Positions 9,120 through 18,067 of a stretch of 26,768 bases of DNA are shown here, piece after piece (the first letter of the stretch is position 1; every line of letters starts with the position of its first letter). The notes under the pieces were generated by a model. It ran no database searches, was not told the DNA's origin, and was given only the letters and a program-made list of their open reading frames with translations. A program made the position numbers and the translations under genes. The DNA is from a virus (Duplodnaviria; Caudoviricetes): the IMG/VR virus record IMGVR_UViG_3300047476_000383, positions 1 to 26,768 of that record; one strand, given 5' to 3'.

Positions 9120-10222
9120 GAATTTTTCTGACCCATGCAAGAAAAGCAGCAACAGAATATACAGAGTTTTTAGATGATTTAGCGTTTCCTCAAACCGTAC
9201 ATTGGTTTCCTGAGACGTACAAGCGAGTAAATACAGGAATGTTTTATGTTCCTCACTTAGTAGCAGATAAGGTGCTTGACGCTGAATTAGCGACTAAGTT
9301 AAGAGAAGATGGAGTTGGTAAGACGGCATTTATTCTAGCCGCTGGTAATGCAAATTTTGCAGGGATTAATCCTCGGAATGTTAAGCCAACCAGATTGAGC
9401 TACGTTTATAAGTTTTTGCCGTTTTCACTTACTCAAGTGTATGCAGGACGAGTGGCGCAGTCTTTTGGCGTAGATGGCATGGTAACGACTGATAGCTCAG
9501 CGTGTGCTTCTGGCCTTAAAGTGCTGATGGATGTGCAAACACTGATTAAGAATTATGGCTACAATCGTGTGATTGTGCTTGCTGTAGAAGACCAAGTGGC
9601 TAATTCAACATTAGACTTCTTTGGTGAATCTAAAGCGATTTTGTCAGAAGAGGAAGCTAAAACAATTAAGCCTTCAGCTTTTGATAAAACAAATTACGGT
9701 TTTTATGTTGGACAAGGCGCAGCTCTAGCAGTATTTGAAGCAGAGCATATTTTGACTAACAAGCCGATTGCTGAACTTAAAGGCGCTTGGGCTTGTAGCG
9801 AAAATGCAACAAACGCCATTGGCCAACGTGAAGACGGTGAAGGATTTAAGAAAGCTATTGAGGGTGCTTTATTTGCTTCTAGCGTGCATCCTAAAGAAAT
9901 TAAGATTGTTAAGGCGCATGGTACTGGAACTAAGTCTAACAACAATAGCGAAAGAAACGCTTTATTGGCATCATTAGGTAACTTTGTGGCTACTTCTTAC
10001 AAGCAAAGAATTGGTCATACAATGGGTGCTAGTGGATTGCTTGAATCGTTAATGTTATTTGACGATATGGAAAAAGGTTACGTTCCTGAGATATTGAACA
10101 GAACTGAACATGATGAGATATTCTTATCTGAGAAAAGTGATGTTCCTGATGGGTGCGTTTTAAGTTTAGCCGCTGGAATGGGGAATATATACGCAGCAGC
10201 GGTATTTGACACAAGGGTCTAA
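9116..10222 (+). CDS. Beta-ketoacyl-ACP synthase (FabF/FabB-type ketosynthase), divergent N-terminus
   Basis: SSACASG (Cys130), KAHGTGT (His268), KQRIGHTMGASG (His301), 'AFD....GF..GQGAA..VFE', 'SLAAGMG'; ATGA overlap with the ACP gene. Confidence 0.9.
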   Translation: MRIFLTHARKAATEYTEFLDDLAFPQTVHWFPETYKRVNTGMFYVPHLVADKVLDAELATKLREDGVGKTAFILAAGNANFAGINPRNVKPTRLSYVYKFLPFSLTQVYAGRVAQSFGVDGMVTTDSSACASGLKVLMDVQTLIKNYGYNRVIVLAVEDQVANSTLDFFGESKAILSEEEAKTIKPSAFDKTNYGFYVGQGAALAVFEAEHILTNKPIAELKGAWACSENATNAIGQREDGEGFKKAIEGALFASSVHPKEIKIVKAHGTGTKSNNNSERNALLASLGNFVATSYKQRIGHTMGASGLLESLMLFDDMEKGYVPEILNRTEHDEIFLSEKSDVPDGCVLSLAAGMGNIYAAAVFDTRV

Positions 10223-10223
10223 C

Positions 10224-10685
10224 ATGGCTGATTTAGTTGATAGCAAAAAATTAGAGTTGTCTGTTGATGACATTATTCAAAAGGCAGCAATAAATACCAA
10301 TTCCCCTTATTCTTTTGACCAAGTACGCAATTCAATTGCCCGTGAATTAGAAATTCCTGGCACTCAATTCTTACGTCAAGGCAATACTCTTTTTATCATC
10401 CATTACGATAACGATAGAAAAGGTATTTTTCGCGCACTAAACGCAGACACTAACTTCAATTACCTACAGAACAGTATTGAGTTTGTAAAAGCGGCTTACA
10501 ACATGGGCTATGATGTTTTAATCACACAATTCTATGACCCGACAATTGCTAATATTTTCCGTGCAATTTCAAAAAATCCTCCTAACCCTGAAATGGGCTA
10601 CAACATTAAAAAGGCCACAAAAGGATTTTTAGGCACAATTAAACTTGGCCCTACTCGCGGTGAACTTACAAAAGGAGCTAAATAA
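10224..10685 (+). CDS. Hypothetical protein, possibly GNAT-like acyltransferase (occupies the T7 gp13/P22 gp14 position)
   Basis: ATG 1 nt after the KAS stop; 153 aa alpha/beta pattern; immediately precedes the first ejection-like protein; fold inferred mainly from synteny. Confidence 0.55.
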   Translation: MADLVDSKKLELSVDDIIQKAAINTNSPYSFDQVRNSIARELEIPGTQFLRQGNTLFIIHYDNDRKGIFRALNADTNFNYLQNSIEFVKAAYNMGYDVLITQFYDPTIANIFRAISKNPPNPEMGYNIKKATKGFLGTIKLGPTRGELTKGAK

Positions 10686-11623
10686 TGGGTGGAATAGCTG
10701 ACGCAATTGGGGATGCAATTAGTGGGGCTGTTGAAGCTGTTGGTGATGTAGTTGAAGCAGTTGCAGATAATCCTCTTGCTGCTGTAGCGATTGTTGCTGC
10801 GCCTTATGCTGCTCCTGCTTTTGCTGCTGCTGGTGTTCCTGCTGCATTAGCTACGCCTGTAGCTGCTGCGACTATTTCTGGAGCAACAACATTAGCTCAA
10901 GGTGGTGACTTAGGTGACGTACTAAAATCTGCTGGCGCTGCTGGGTTTGGCACTTATGTTGGCGGAAAAGTTGCTGGGTCTGTTGGTAAGGAGTTTGGCA
11001 AGGTTGCTGGCTCTGCTGCTGGTGGAGCTGCTGGTGGTGCTACTGGAGCATTTATTCAAACTGGTGATATTGAAACAGCATTGAAGAGTGGTTTAGTGGC
11101 TGGGGGTACAGCTGGTTTGATTGCAGGTGGCTCAGAAGCATTAAAAGGATTTGGTGAAGGAACTAATGTTACTGGAACTAGAACTAGCGGTGGATTTAGT
11201 CCAGGACAACAAATTCCTACATCACCATTTGGAACTACAGAAACAGTGTCAGCGACTTCACCTTACGGTACAATGACATACGATACAATGCCAAGCATGA
11301 CGTATCAGCCTAGCTTCTTTGAGACAGATGTTGGTCAAACAATAGCTGAAGGCGGTAAACAAGTAGCAGAACAAACAATTAGTGGGCAGTTAGCTGAAAT
11401 CCTAGGATTAATTCCTAGCGGAGCTGCGGCTGGTGGCGGTGGACTTCCTGCCTCAACAGCAACATTTACTGGACAAGGAAATGTTGGCGCTGGAACTGCT
11501 GCACTAGCACAAGCGTTGCGTGTTGCTGACCCAGGTACTCCGTTATTTGGCCCTGCTGGTGGCAAGCAACAAAATGTATGGAACACTGAATCATTACGTT
11601 ATAAAGACGAGACTGGGAGCTAA
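10685..11623 (+). CDS. Internal virion / DNA ejection protein, Gly/Ala-rich and hydrophobic
   Basis: Starts MGGIADAIG; long Ala/Gly zipper segments; AAGGAG RBS; TAATG coupling. Confidence 0.7.
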   Translation: MGGIADAIGDAISGAVEAVGDVVEAVADNPLAAVAIVAAPYAAPAFAAAGVPAALATPVAAATISGATTLAQGGDLGDVLKSAGAAGFGTYVGGKVAGSVGKEFGKVAGSAAGGAAGGATGAFIQTGDIETALKSGLVAGGTAGLIAGGSEALKGFGEGTNVTGTRTSGGFSPGQQIPTSPFGTTETVSATSPYGTMTYDTMPSMTYQPSFFETDVGQTIAEGGKQVAEQTISGQLAEILGLIPSGAAAGGGGLPASTATFTGQGNVGAGTAALAQALRVADPGTPLFGPAGGKQQNVWNTESLRYKDETGS

Positions 11624-11625
11624 CG

Positions 11626-12750
11626 ATGGCTAATCTTGAAAAGCTTTTAAAAACTAATGCTATGTCAAACCTTGATTTGAAGGCATTGGCTCAAATTCTA
11701 CAAAGTAAAGGTCGCAAAGGCGATACGATACTTGCTCACATTACGCCAAAAGAAGCTGAAGAGCTTATGGAAGAGGGCGGAGCTGGCACAATTAACCCTG
11801 CTACTGGTCTCCCTGAGTTTTATGAAGACTACGGTGCTGATAGCTACATGGCTGGCTATAACTATGAAGCCCCTTCATATCAAGCTGCTCCAGACTATAC
11901 GCCAACAACAAGCTTGTCATCATCATCTGATTACTACACTGGTGGTGGTTATAGCCCTGATGATTACACACCAATGTACACGGCTGGCCGTCCAGAATCT
12001 AATTATGGCGGTGACTTTACTGCTGGTGATTATCTCCCAAGCGCTTCTACTGGCTATGGTGATGGCTACAGCTTTACTGACTTTACTGGTAGAGCTGGTG
12101 GCGAAGGAACTGCTACGCCATTGTATCAAGGCGCTCAAGCTGAACAGGCTGCAATGCAACGTGCTGCAAGCCCAGAACTTGCTGCCACTGGTAAAGAAGG
12201 GCCAGGATTAGCTACTCAAGCTTTAGAAAAGTTAAAAAGTGTTACTGGCTTGTCAGAAGAAACATTGAAAAAACTTGGCTTAGCTGGTGCTGTTGGCTTA
12301 TCTGGTTTAGTTACTGGTCGTGCCGCTAGAAAAGAAGGTCAAGCTGCTAAGAAAGAAATGGAAGCTTTAGCTGCCCCTTACCGTACTAGAGGTGCTGAGC
12401 TTACTAATGCTGCAATGCGTGGCGAATTAACTCCACAAAACCAACAAGCTGTTCAGGCTGCTCAAGCTAGACTTGCACAAGACATTCAAGGCCGTGGTGG
12501 TGCTGGTACACAGCAAGCTCAAATGCAAGTGGAAAACTTACGTCAACAAATGCTTGCACAACAATATGACTTGGGCTTGAAAATTAGCTCAATTGCAGAT
12601 AATGTTGCATTAGGCGCGATTAGAACTGGTATGCAAGCAGACCAAGCTATTAACCAAGCTAACCAAGATTTCTTCACACAAATGGCTCAAATCCTTGGTG
12701 GTATGCCTAGTGCTACTGGCGCATCACCACAAATAGTTATTAGAAGGTAA
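11626..12750 (+). CDS. Internal virion / DNA ejection protein
   Basis: 'GRKGDTILAHITPKEA...GG.GTINPATGLPEF' motif, Tyr/Gly/Ser low-complexity middle, Gln/Ala-rich helical C-terminus. Confidence 0.7.
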   Translation: MANLEKLLKTNAMSNLDLKALAQILQSKGRKGDTILAHITPKEAEELMEEGGAGTINPATGLPEFYEDYGADSYMAGYNYEAPSYQAAPDYTPTTSLSSSSDYYTGGGYSPDDYTPMYTAGRPESNYGGDFTAGDYLPSASTGYGDGYSFTDFTGRAGGEGTATPLYQGAQAEQAAMQRAASPELAATGKEGPGLATQALEKLKSVTGLSEETLKKLGLAGAVGLSGLVTGRAARKEGQAAKKEMEALAAPYRTRGAELTNAAMRGELTPQNQQAVQAAQARLAQDIQGRGGAGTQQAQMQVENLRQQMLAQQYDLGLKISSIADNVALGAIRTGMQADQAINQANQDFFTQMAQILGGMPSATGASPQIVIRR

Positions 12751-12757
12751 CTAAATT

Positions 12758-14380
12758 ATGGCTGAATTATCTCAAGCACCAACCGCCCAGACCTCAAAAG
12801 CGTTAGGAACTGATTTCTCTACGCTTCCTATTCGTGAGCAATATGCACAAGTAAAAACTCCAGCACAAGCAAAAGAAGCTTCTTTAATGGGCTTTGAGCA
12901 ACAAAGAACTGGCGCTGAAAAACTTGCTGAGCAAGAAGCTGGCCTTCAAGTGACTGGTGCTGAGCAGAAGCTAAAGGCAATAGAAGACTACGGCACTACT
13001 CAACAGAACTTAATGGGCGAGTATAAGACCAAAAAAGAATCAATGCCGTTTCCTGAGTTTCATCCTACACAAGACAATGCAAGCGATTTAATGACGTTAT
13101 TTAGCGTTGTTGGAACGATTGGTACTGCGATGGGTGCAAGCGGTAAAAATGCTTCTCTAGGGGCTTTAAAATCAATGACAGGCATGATGAAAGGTTATCG
13201 TGAAGGTCGTGCTGATTTATTTACCCGTGAAAAAGCACAGTTTGAAAAAGATTTTAAGACCATGCAAATCAAGCATGAGGAAATTGCAAAAGACTTAAAT
13301 CTTGCATTGCAATTGTCTTCTACTGATAGAGATAAAGCGATGGCTGTCGCTGATGTAGCTATTGCTAAAGCTGGTAGCCCTATTTTGCGTGAAAAAGCTC
13401 GTCTTCAAGGATTGGGGGAAACTGTTAAGTTTTGGAATCAAGTAGGAACTGATTTACAGTCTGCTGCTGACAAGATGGAAGACCGTAAAATCAAACAACA
13501 AGAGATTGGCATTAAAGCTCAAGGCAATGTCATCAGCGCTACTGACCTATACCTTGGCTCTGACGGAAAAGCTTACGCTATCAATAAAATCATGCCAATT
13601 GAAAAACAATTGCCTGAAGGCGTATCAATCGTATCTAAAGTTGGTACTCCAAGTGCCGCTGCTGGCGGTGTCGGCGCTATTCAAAACCGTTACAACATTG
13701 GTATGACTGGCGCAGTCAACGCGCTTGGTATTGAGATTAGCAACCTAGCTTCTGCACCTATCTTTGCTCGTCCTCCAGTGCTTGATAATGTATTAACCAA
13801 TCCTTCCGCTGGTGTGACCGAAGCAGTTGTGGCTAATGCTGGCCGTCAAATTACTGAAGCTGAAGCCCGTGTATTCCAGCAAATGGCTGCTGGTGCATCA
13901 AGAGCTGAAACAATCGTAATGACGCAAGGCCGTCCAGGTGCGGCTACTGGTGAGATGTTTGCTGAGATTGGTAAGCAACAACCTAAAGCTGGTGATTCAT
14001 TAATCTCAACCTATCTATGGCTTGCTCAATTGAAACAAACTGTAAACCTAGCTGAGAAAGATTTGGCTATGGCTGGCGGCAATCCAGAAATGATGAGACA
14101 AGTTGCTGGTGTTAAAGACCAAGTAAACAAACTTATTCCATACGATGTTCAAGACGTAACTCGCGTTATTCGTGGTGGCGGCAAACAATTGCTTGATGAC
14201 AAAGTTGGTTCATTGATTAAAAATTCAGTAAACAATGACCGCTTTGAGAGAGACCTTGTTCTATACGGTTCTACTCCAAGATTTAAAACTAATGAAGAAG
14301 CTCAAGCGGCCTTTAATAAAGGAAAAATTCAAAAAGGCCAGCAAATTATTATTGGAAAAGAAGTGGGTATCTGGGAGTAA
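12758..14380 (+). CDS. Internal virion / DNA ejection protein
   Basis: 540 aa, helical and Ala/Gln/Lys-rich; one hydrophobic stretch (LMTLFSVVGTIGTAMGA); synteny. Confidence 0.65.
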   Translation: MAELSQAPTAQTSKALGTDFSTLPIREQYAQVKTPAQAKEASLMGFEQQRTGAEKLAEQEAGLQVTGAEQKLKAIEDYGTTQQNLMGEYKTKKESMPFPEFHPTQDNASDLMTLFSVVGTIGTAMGASGKNASLGALKSMTGMMKGYREGRADLFTREKAQFEKDFKTMQIKHEEIAKDLNLALQLSSTDRDKAMAVADVAIAKAGSPILREKARLQGLGETVKFWNQVGTDLQSAADKMEDRKIKQQEIGIKAQGNVISATDLYLGSDGKAYAINKIMPIEKQLPEGVSIVSKVGTPSAAAGGVGAIQNRYNIGMTGAVNALGIEISNLASAPIFARPPVLDNVLTNPSAGVTEAVVANAGRQITEAEARVFQQMAAGASRAETIVMTQGRPGAATGEMFAEIGKQQPKAGDSLISTYLWLAQLKQTVNLAEKDLAMAGGNPEMMRQVAGVKDQVNKLIPYDVQDVTRVIRGGGKQLLDDKVGSLIKNSVNNDRFERDLVLYGSTPRFKTNEEAQAAFNKGKIQKGQQIIIGKEVGIWE

Positions 14381-14382
14381 TT

Positions 14383-16908
14383 ATGGCATTTAAACCACAA
14401 GCTACATTAGGGGACGCTCCTATTTCTCAAGAAGCTCCAGCTGCGTCTGAAACGATTGTTGCTCCGACTGTAGATGTTGGTGCTCCTCCTAAGTTTAAAC
14501 CTACTGGAAGTATCAAAGATTCTGGTGGTAACTACGGATTTAAGAAAATGGGTGAGGGTGAAGGCGATTACGTCTCTACTTACTCTGGTGGTCGTAAGTC
14601 TGGCAGTCAAATTGCTGGTGAAACACTAAAAGCTACTGGTATTGGTGGTGCTATTGGTGCGTTTACTCCTGAGATTTTGACTGGACTTGGCATTGCTGCT
14701 GCTCCATTTCCATTAACAGCTCCTTTAGCTCCAGCATTGCTTACTGCTGGTCAAGCTGCCCGTGGAGCACGTTTAGGAACTGCTGCTACTTCTGCGCTAT
14801 TAGCTGGTGGTTCTAAGTTAGCTGGTGAATTAACTCCAGGAAAAGAAACTCCAGTGGCTATCCCTGGAACTGGACGTACAATGCCTCGCGGTGAGCTTGT
14901 AGAGAATGTTGTTGGCTTTGGCGCTCCTGCTGCTGGTGCTGTAGCTAAAAGCGTAGTGCTTAGAGCTCCATTGATGCACAACGTAGTTGCTTATTTCCGT
15001 CAAAAGAGTGGCTCTCAAGGTGAGTATGCTGATGCAGCTGCCCGTGAGCTTGCTAACTTCCGCAATAGAACTCCAGTAAATGAGTTGCTACAAAGCAACC
15101 GTGCGTCTCAACGCTTAGAAGCTTCCAATACTGATTCATACCGTGAAGTATTTAAGTTTTTACAGTCTAAAGACCAAGCCACACAAGATGCAGCTATCGG
15201 TAGAATATCCGCAGCTCAACAGCAAGCAGATAAAATCCTTGCTGATGCTACACAGAGGGCTAATCAATTAGTTACTACTGATAAGGCTAGAGCCAAGCTA
15301 GTTTTAGATGAAGGTGATGCTGCTGCTCGTAGAATCATTGACCAGTCTGTAGATGATGTTGCTAAGAAGCTAGGCATTGCTCGCCGTGCTGAAAGTGCTG
15401 CTCGTAAAGTAACAGCTGCGCCAGGACAAACACTACAGTCTATTGGTAACTTCAATGTGACCAACGCTGAAATCGGCGGAAGCTTACAACAGCGTGTTGT
15501 AGCTAACTTATCATCTGAAGAGCAAGCCCTATCAAGCCAATACACACAAGCTCGTAAGGCTGTGGATGACATTGTGCGTCAAAAAGAAAGCCAAGGCATT
15601 GGCGTTAAGAATACTCAAGCTTTTGCTGAGCTCCGTGACTTTATTGATAGCAAGCTTTTACGCGGTAGGTTTGGTAAGGAAGCGCAATTCGCTCCAGTGA
15701 CAGAAGCGCAACAAAAAAATGTTTACGAAAATATCCGTAAAGCCATTAACGACCAAGAGATTTTAATCGGGGTTAGCCAAGACGGTACGCCAGTCTATCG
15801 TAAAGTGCCAACAAGCTTTGAAGCGCTTGACCATGTACGCCGCAAGTTAGGCGAAGTGTTTGATGGCAAGGCAGTTGAAGGCTATGACGGCTTATTGAAA
15901 GACCAAGCTAGAGATTTATACGGAAAAATCCGTAAAATCCAAACTGAGTACACAGACAATGCTTATGACAGCGTGCTTAAAAACTATGCAGAAGGCAAAG
16001 GCGCAGTCAATGAACTTGGTATTCCTACTGGTGCTAAGCTTACTAAGACTGACCGCTTAAACCCTGAGTATTTAACCTATGACCCATCTGGCTTGCCTAA
16101 TGAGTTTTTCTCAAGCCGCAAGAAGGTTCAAGACTTAATCACTTTGGTGCGTGACCCTGCTTATGTAGAGCAACAAGCATCAAATCATGTGGCTCGCGTA
16201 CTTAAAGACAAGGACGCTAAGTTTGCAGAGAAATATCTGTTCGACAATAAAGAATGGATTAGCTTATTCCCTAACCTAGAGCGTAATGTAGCTGCTCATA
16301 CGGCTGCATTGAAGCGTGGTGAGAGCGTAGCGCCTAAATCTACAACGCTGGCTCAATCATTGCGTACAGAAGTTAAAGCTCTTCCTGGAGTAGCACAGAA
16401 AGAAGCTGCGGCAACACAAAAAGAGGCTGCAAAATCAGCAAAACAGATTGAAGAAGAATCTCGTAAGCAAGCTAAACAGATTATGGGTGAAGCTCAAGCA
16501 CAAGCTAAAGTTTTAAGTGCTAGTGCTAAGCAAGCTCAAAAACTATTGGGGACTGGAGACCCTGTAGCTGAGATTGAGAAGCTTATCCTTACTGGACAGA
16601 CTAAACGCTTAGAAGAGATTGCTCCTCTATTAAAAGAGGATGCCAATGCGATGCGTGCTTTCGACCAGTCATTGAAAATTACGCTTTCACGCGAAAACCC
16701 AGCTACTATTGTTGATAAGTGGGAGCGTACAATTAAACCAGCATTATCAAATACAGGCTTAATCTCACCAGCACAAGCGGACAACATTACTAAACGTATT
16801 AACCAAGTAAGAATGACGCTTGAGCCTAATGAGGCGGCCTTAACAATGGTATCTATCATTCGTGGTGGTACTACATCATCAGTCGCAAGAAGTTTATCAG
16901 GAGAATAA
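14383..16908 (+). CDS. Large internal virion / DNA ejection protein
   Basis: 841 aa; hydrophobic Gly/Ala segments near the N-terminus followed by long coiled-coil regions; synteny. Confidence 0.65.
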   Translation: MAFKPQATLGDAPISQEAPAASETIVAPTVDVGAPPKFKPTGSIKDSGGNYGFKKMGEGEGDYVSTYSGGRKSGSQIAGETLKATGIGGAIGAFTPEILTGLGIAAAPFPLTAPLAPALLTAGQAARGARLGTAATSALLAGGSKLAGELTPGKETPVAIPGTGRTMPRGELVENVVGFGAPAAGAVAKSVVLRAPLMHNVVAYFRQKSGSQGEYADAAARELANFRNRTPVNELLQSNRASQRLEASNTDSYREVFKFLQSKDQATQDAAIGRISAAQQQADKILADATQRANQLVTTDKARAKLVLDEGDAAARRIIDQSVDDVAKKLGIARRAESAARKVTAAPGQTLQSIGNFNVTNAEIGGSLQQRVVANLSSEEQALSSQYTQARKAVDDIVRQKESQGIGVKNTQAFAELRDFIDSKLLRGRFGKEAQFAPVTEAQQKNVYENIRKAINDQEILIGVSQDGTPVYRKVPTSFEALDHVRRKLGEVFDGKAVEGYDGLLKDQARDLYGKIRKIQTEYTDNAYDSVLKNYAEGKGAVNELGIPTGAKLTKTDRLNPEYLTYDPSGLPNEFFSSRKKVQDLITLVRDPAYVEQQASNHVARVLKDKDAKFAEKYLFDNKEWISLFPNLERNVAAHTAALKRGESVAPKSTTLAQSLRTEVKALPGVAQKEAAATQKEAAKSAKQIEEESRKQAKQIMGEAQAQAKVLSASAKQAQKLLGTGDPVAEIEKLILTGQTKRLEEIAPLLKEDANAMRAFDQSLKITLSRENPATIVDKWERTIKPALSNTGLISPAQADNITKRINQVRMTLEPNEAALTMVSIIRGGTTSSVARSLSGE

Positions 16909-16909
16909 A

Positions 16910-17083
16910 ATGGAATCAGAAATGTTAGCTCGTAGTGACATGGAAATGACTAAAGCTGAGCGTGATGCTGGCCGTAACGAAGCAGAAGGCTCTAAAGAAG
17001 CTCAACGCTACTTGCGTGAATTGCGTATGCAAGATGCTAAACGTGCTTCAGAAAAGCGTTCAATGCGTAAAGGCAAACGCTAA
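16910..17083 (+). CDS. Small hypothetical protein with basic C-terminus
   Basis: AGGAG RBS; ATG 1 nt after the previous stop (more plausible than the GTG at 16862). Confidence 0.65.
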   Translation: MESEMLARSDMEMTKAERDAGRNEAEGSKEAQRYLRELRMQDAKRASEKRSMRKGKR

Positions 17084-17283
17084 TGGCAAAAAAGGACAAG
17101 GGGATAAATCCTGCGCTTGAGGATGCCGTATCAAGCTTACTAAAAGAAGTAATGGCCGATAGCATGGCTAGTATTACAGATAAGACTAAGGTGATTGACC
17201 GTGCATTGAAGCTGGAAGCCATCAAACAGAAGATGCAGGATGATGAATGGGGCAGTGGCTTTGTTGCGGATGATGACGATTAA
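17083..17283 (+). CDS. Small hypothetical protein with acidic tail
   Basis: TAATG coupling; 66 aa. Confidence 0.65.
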   Translation: MAKKDKGINPALEDAVSSLLKEVMADSMASITDKTKVIDRALKLEAIKQKMQDDEWGSGFVADDDD

Positions 17284-17323
17284 GGTTAGTATGTGAGTGT
17301 CATTAATCAACGGGGATATTTAC

Positions 17324-17548
17324 ATGAACGAAGTCGTTTTGCAATTTGTACGTTTAGCTTTACAGATTTTATCTGATAGGCTGCTCACTATTATTGTATT
17401 AGTTTTATGTTTCACACTGGCTTGGTACACTGTTACCCATCCAGATTTAATCAGACTGGGGACAACTATGTTGTTCTCGGTTTTTAGTTATCTTCTGATA
17501 AAAAACAAGGAAGGAAAACAAGATGGAATACCAAGACAAGAAGGATAA
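17324..17548 (+). CDS. Small membrane protein (holin-like candidate)
   Basis: GGGGA RBS before ATG 17324; two hydrophobic helices and a charged C-terminus. Confidence 0.6.
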   Translation: MNEVVLQFVRLALQILSDRLLTIIVLVLCFTLAWYTVTHPDLIRLGTTMLFSVFSYLLIKNKEGKQDGIPRQEG

Positions 17549-17714
17549 ATGTGCTATGCCAATCCGCTCACAAATTCCAAGTGACGCGGTTAAACAAGTA
17601 GCAACTGGCGTAGGCAAATGCCCATCAGGCGGCTACCGTTCAATGTTTGTTTTCGGTGGCAGCGGTGAATCTAACGTATCACCTACCGATTTTAAAGGCA
17701 AAAAGGTTAATTAA
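17523..17714 (+). CDS. Hypothetical protein
   Basis: AAGGA RBS; fills the operon gap. Confidence 0.6.
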   Translation: MEYQDKKDKCAMPIRSQIPSDAVKQVATGVGKCPSGGYRSMFVFGGSGESNVSPTDFKGKKVN

Positions 17715-17716
17715 TT

Positions 17717-18067
17717 ATGGCTAATAATATTGCTTTTCAGCCAATGGGAGCTTTGGTTGTAATGACTGCATCATCAGCTAATGTGCAGGGCAATGTTGTC
17801 ACCATTACTGCCTCAAGCCCGTCAAACCAATACTATGTATCTAACCCAGACAAAGACAATGGCATTTTTGTTGCGTATGGTCAAACAGCTAACATTACAG
17901 CGTCAATTCCAGTCGAAGGAACTCCTGCTAATGTAGTTTACATTCCTCCATATACTTCTAAAGTGTTTACTGGCCCTCAATGCAGTGCTACTAAAACAGT
18001 TTATGCACGAATGATTGGCCCACACAACAATGCAGTATGCTATGTCTGCCCAGGTGAAGGCTTGTAA
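17717..18067 (+). CDS. Small beta-rich virion-like protein (paralog of 6563..6892)
   Basis: Shared motifs AF..xG, NQY...N, F..YG and terminal Y..PG(D/E)GL. Confidence 0.7.
   Translation: MANNIAFQPMGALVVMTASSANVQGNVVTITASSPSNQYYVSNPDKDNGIFVAYGQTANITASIPVEGTPANVVYIPPYTSKVFTGPQCSATKTVYARMIGPHNNAVCYVCPGEGL

Noticed and set aside
8838-10222. Host chromosomal fab operon fragment or assembly chimera
   Set aside because: Genes are tightly coupled to phage-like neighbours, are divergent from canonical AcpP/FabF, and no fabG, fabD or fabH is present; read-level validation would still be prudent
959-16859. Many alternative-frame and antisense ORFs in the + arm (e.g. 1865..2131, 7528..8061, 11732..12211, 15264..15572)
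   Set aside because: They lie within well-supported genes, lack an RBS and reflect codon bias of Gly/Ala/Thr-rich sense genes
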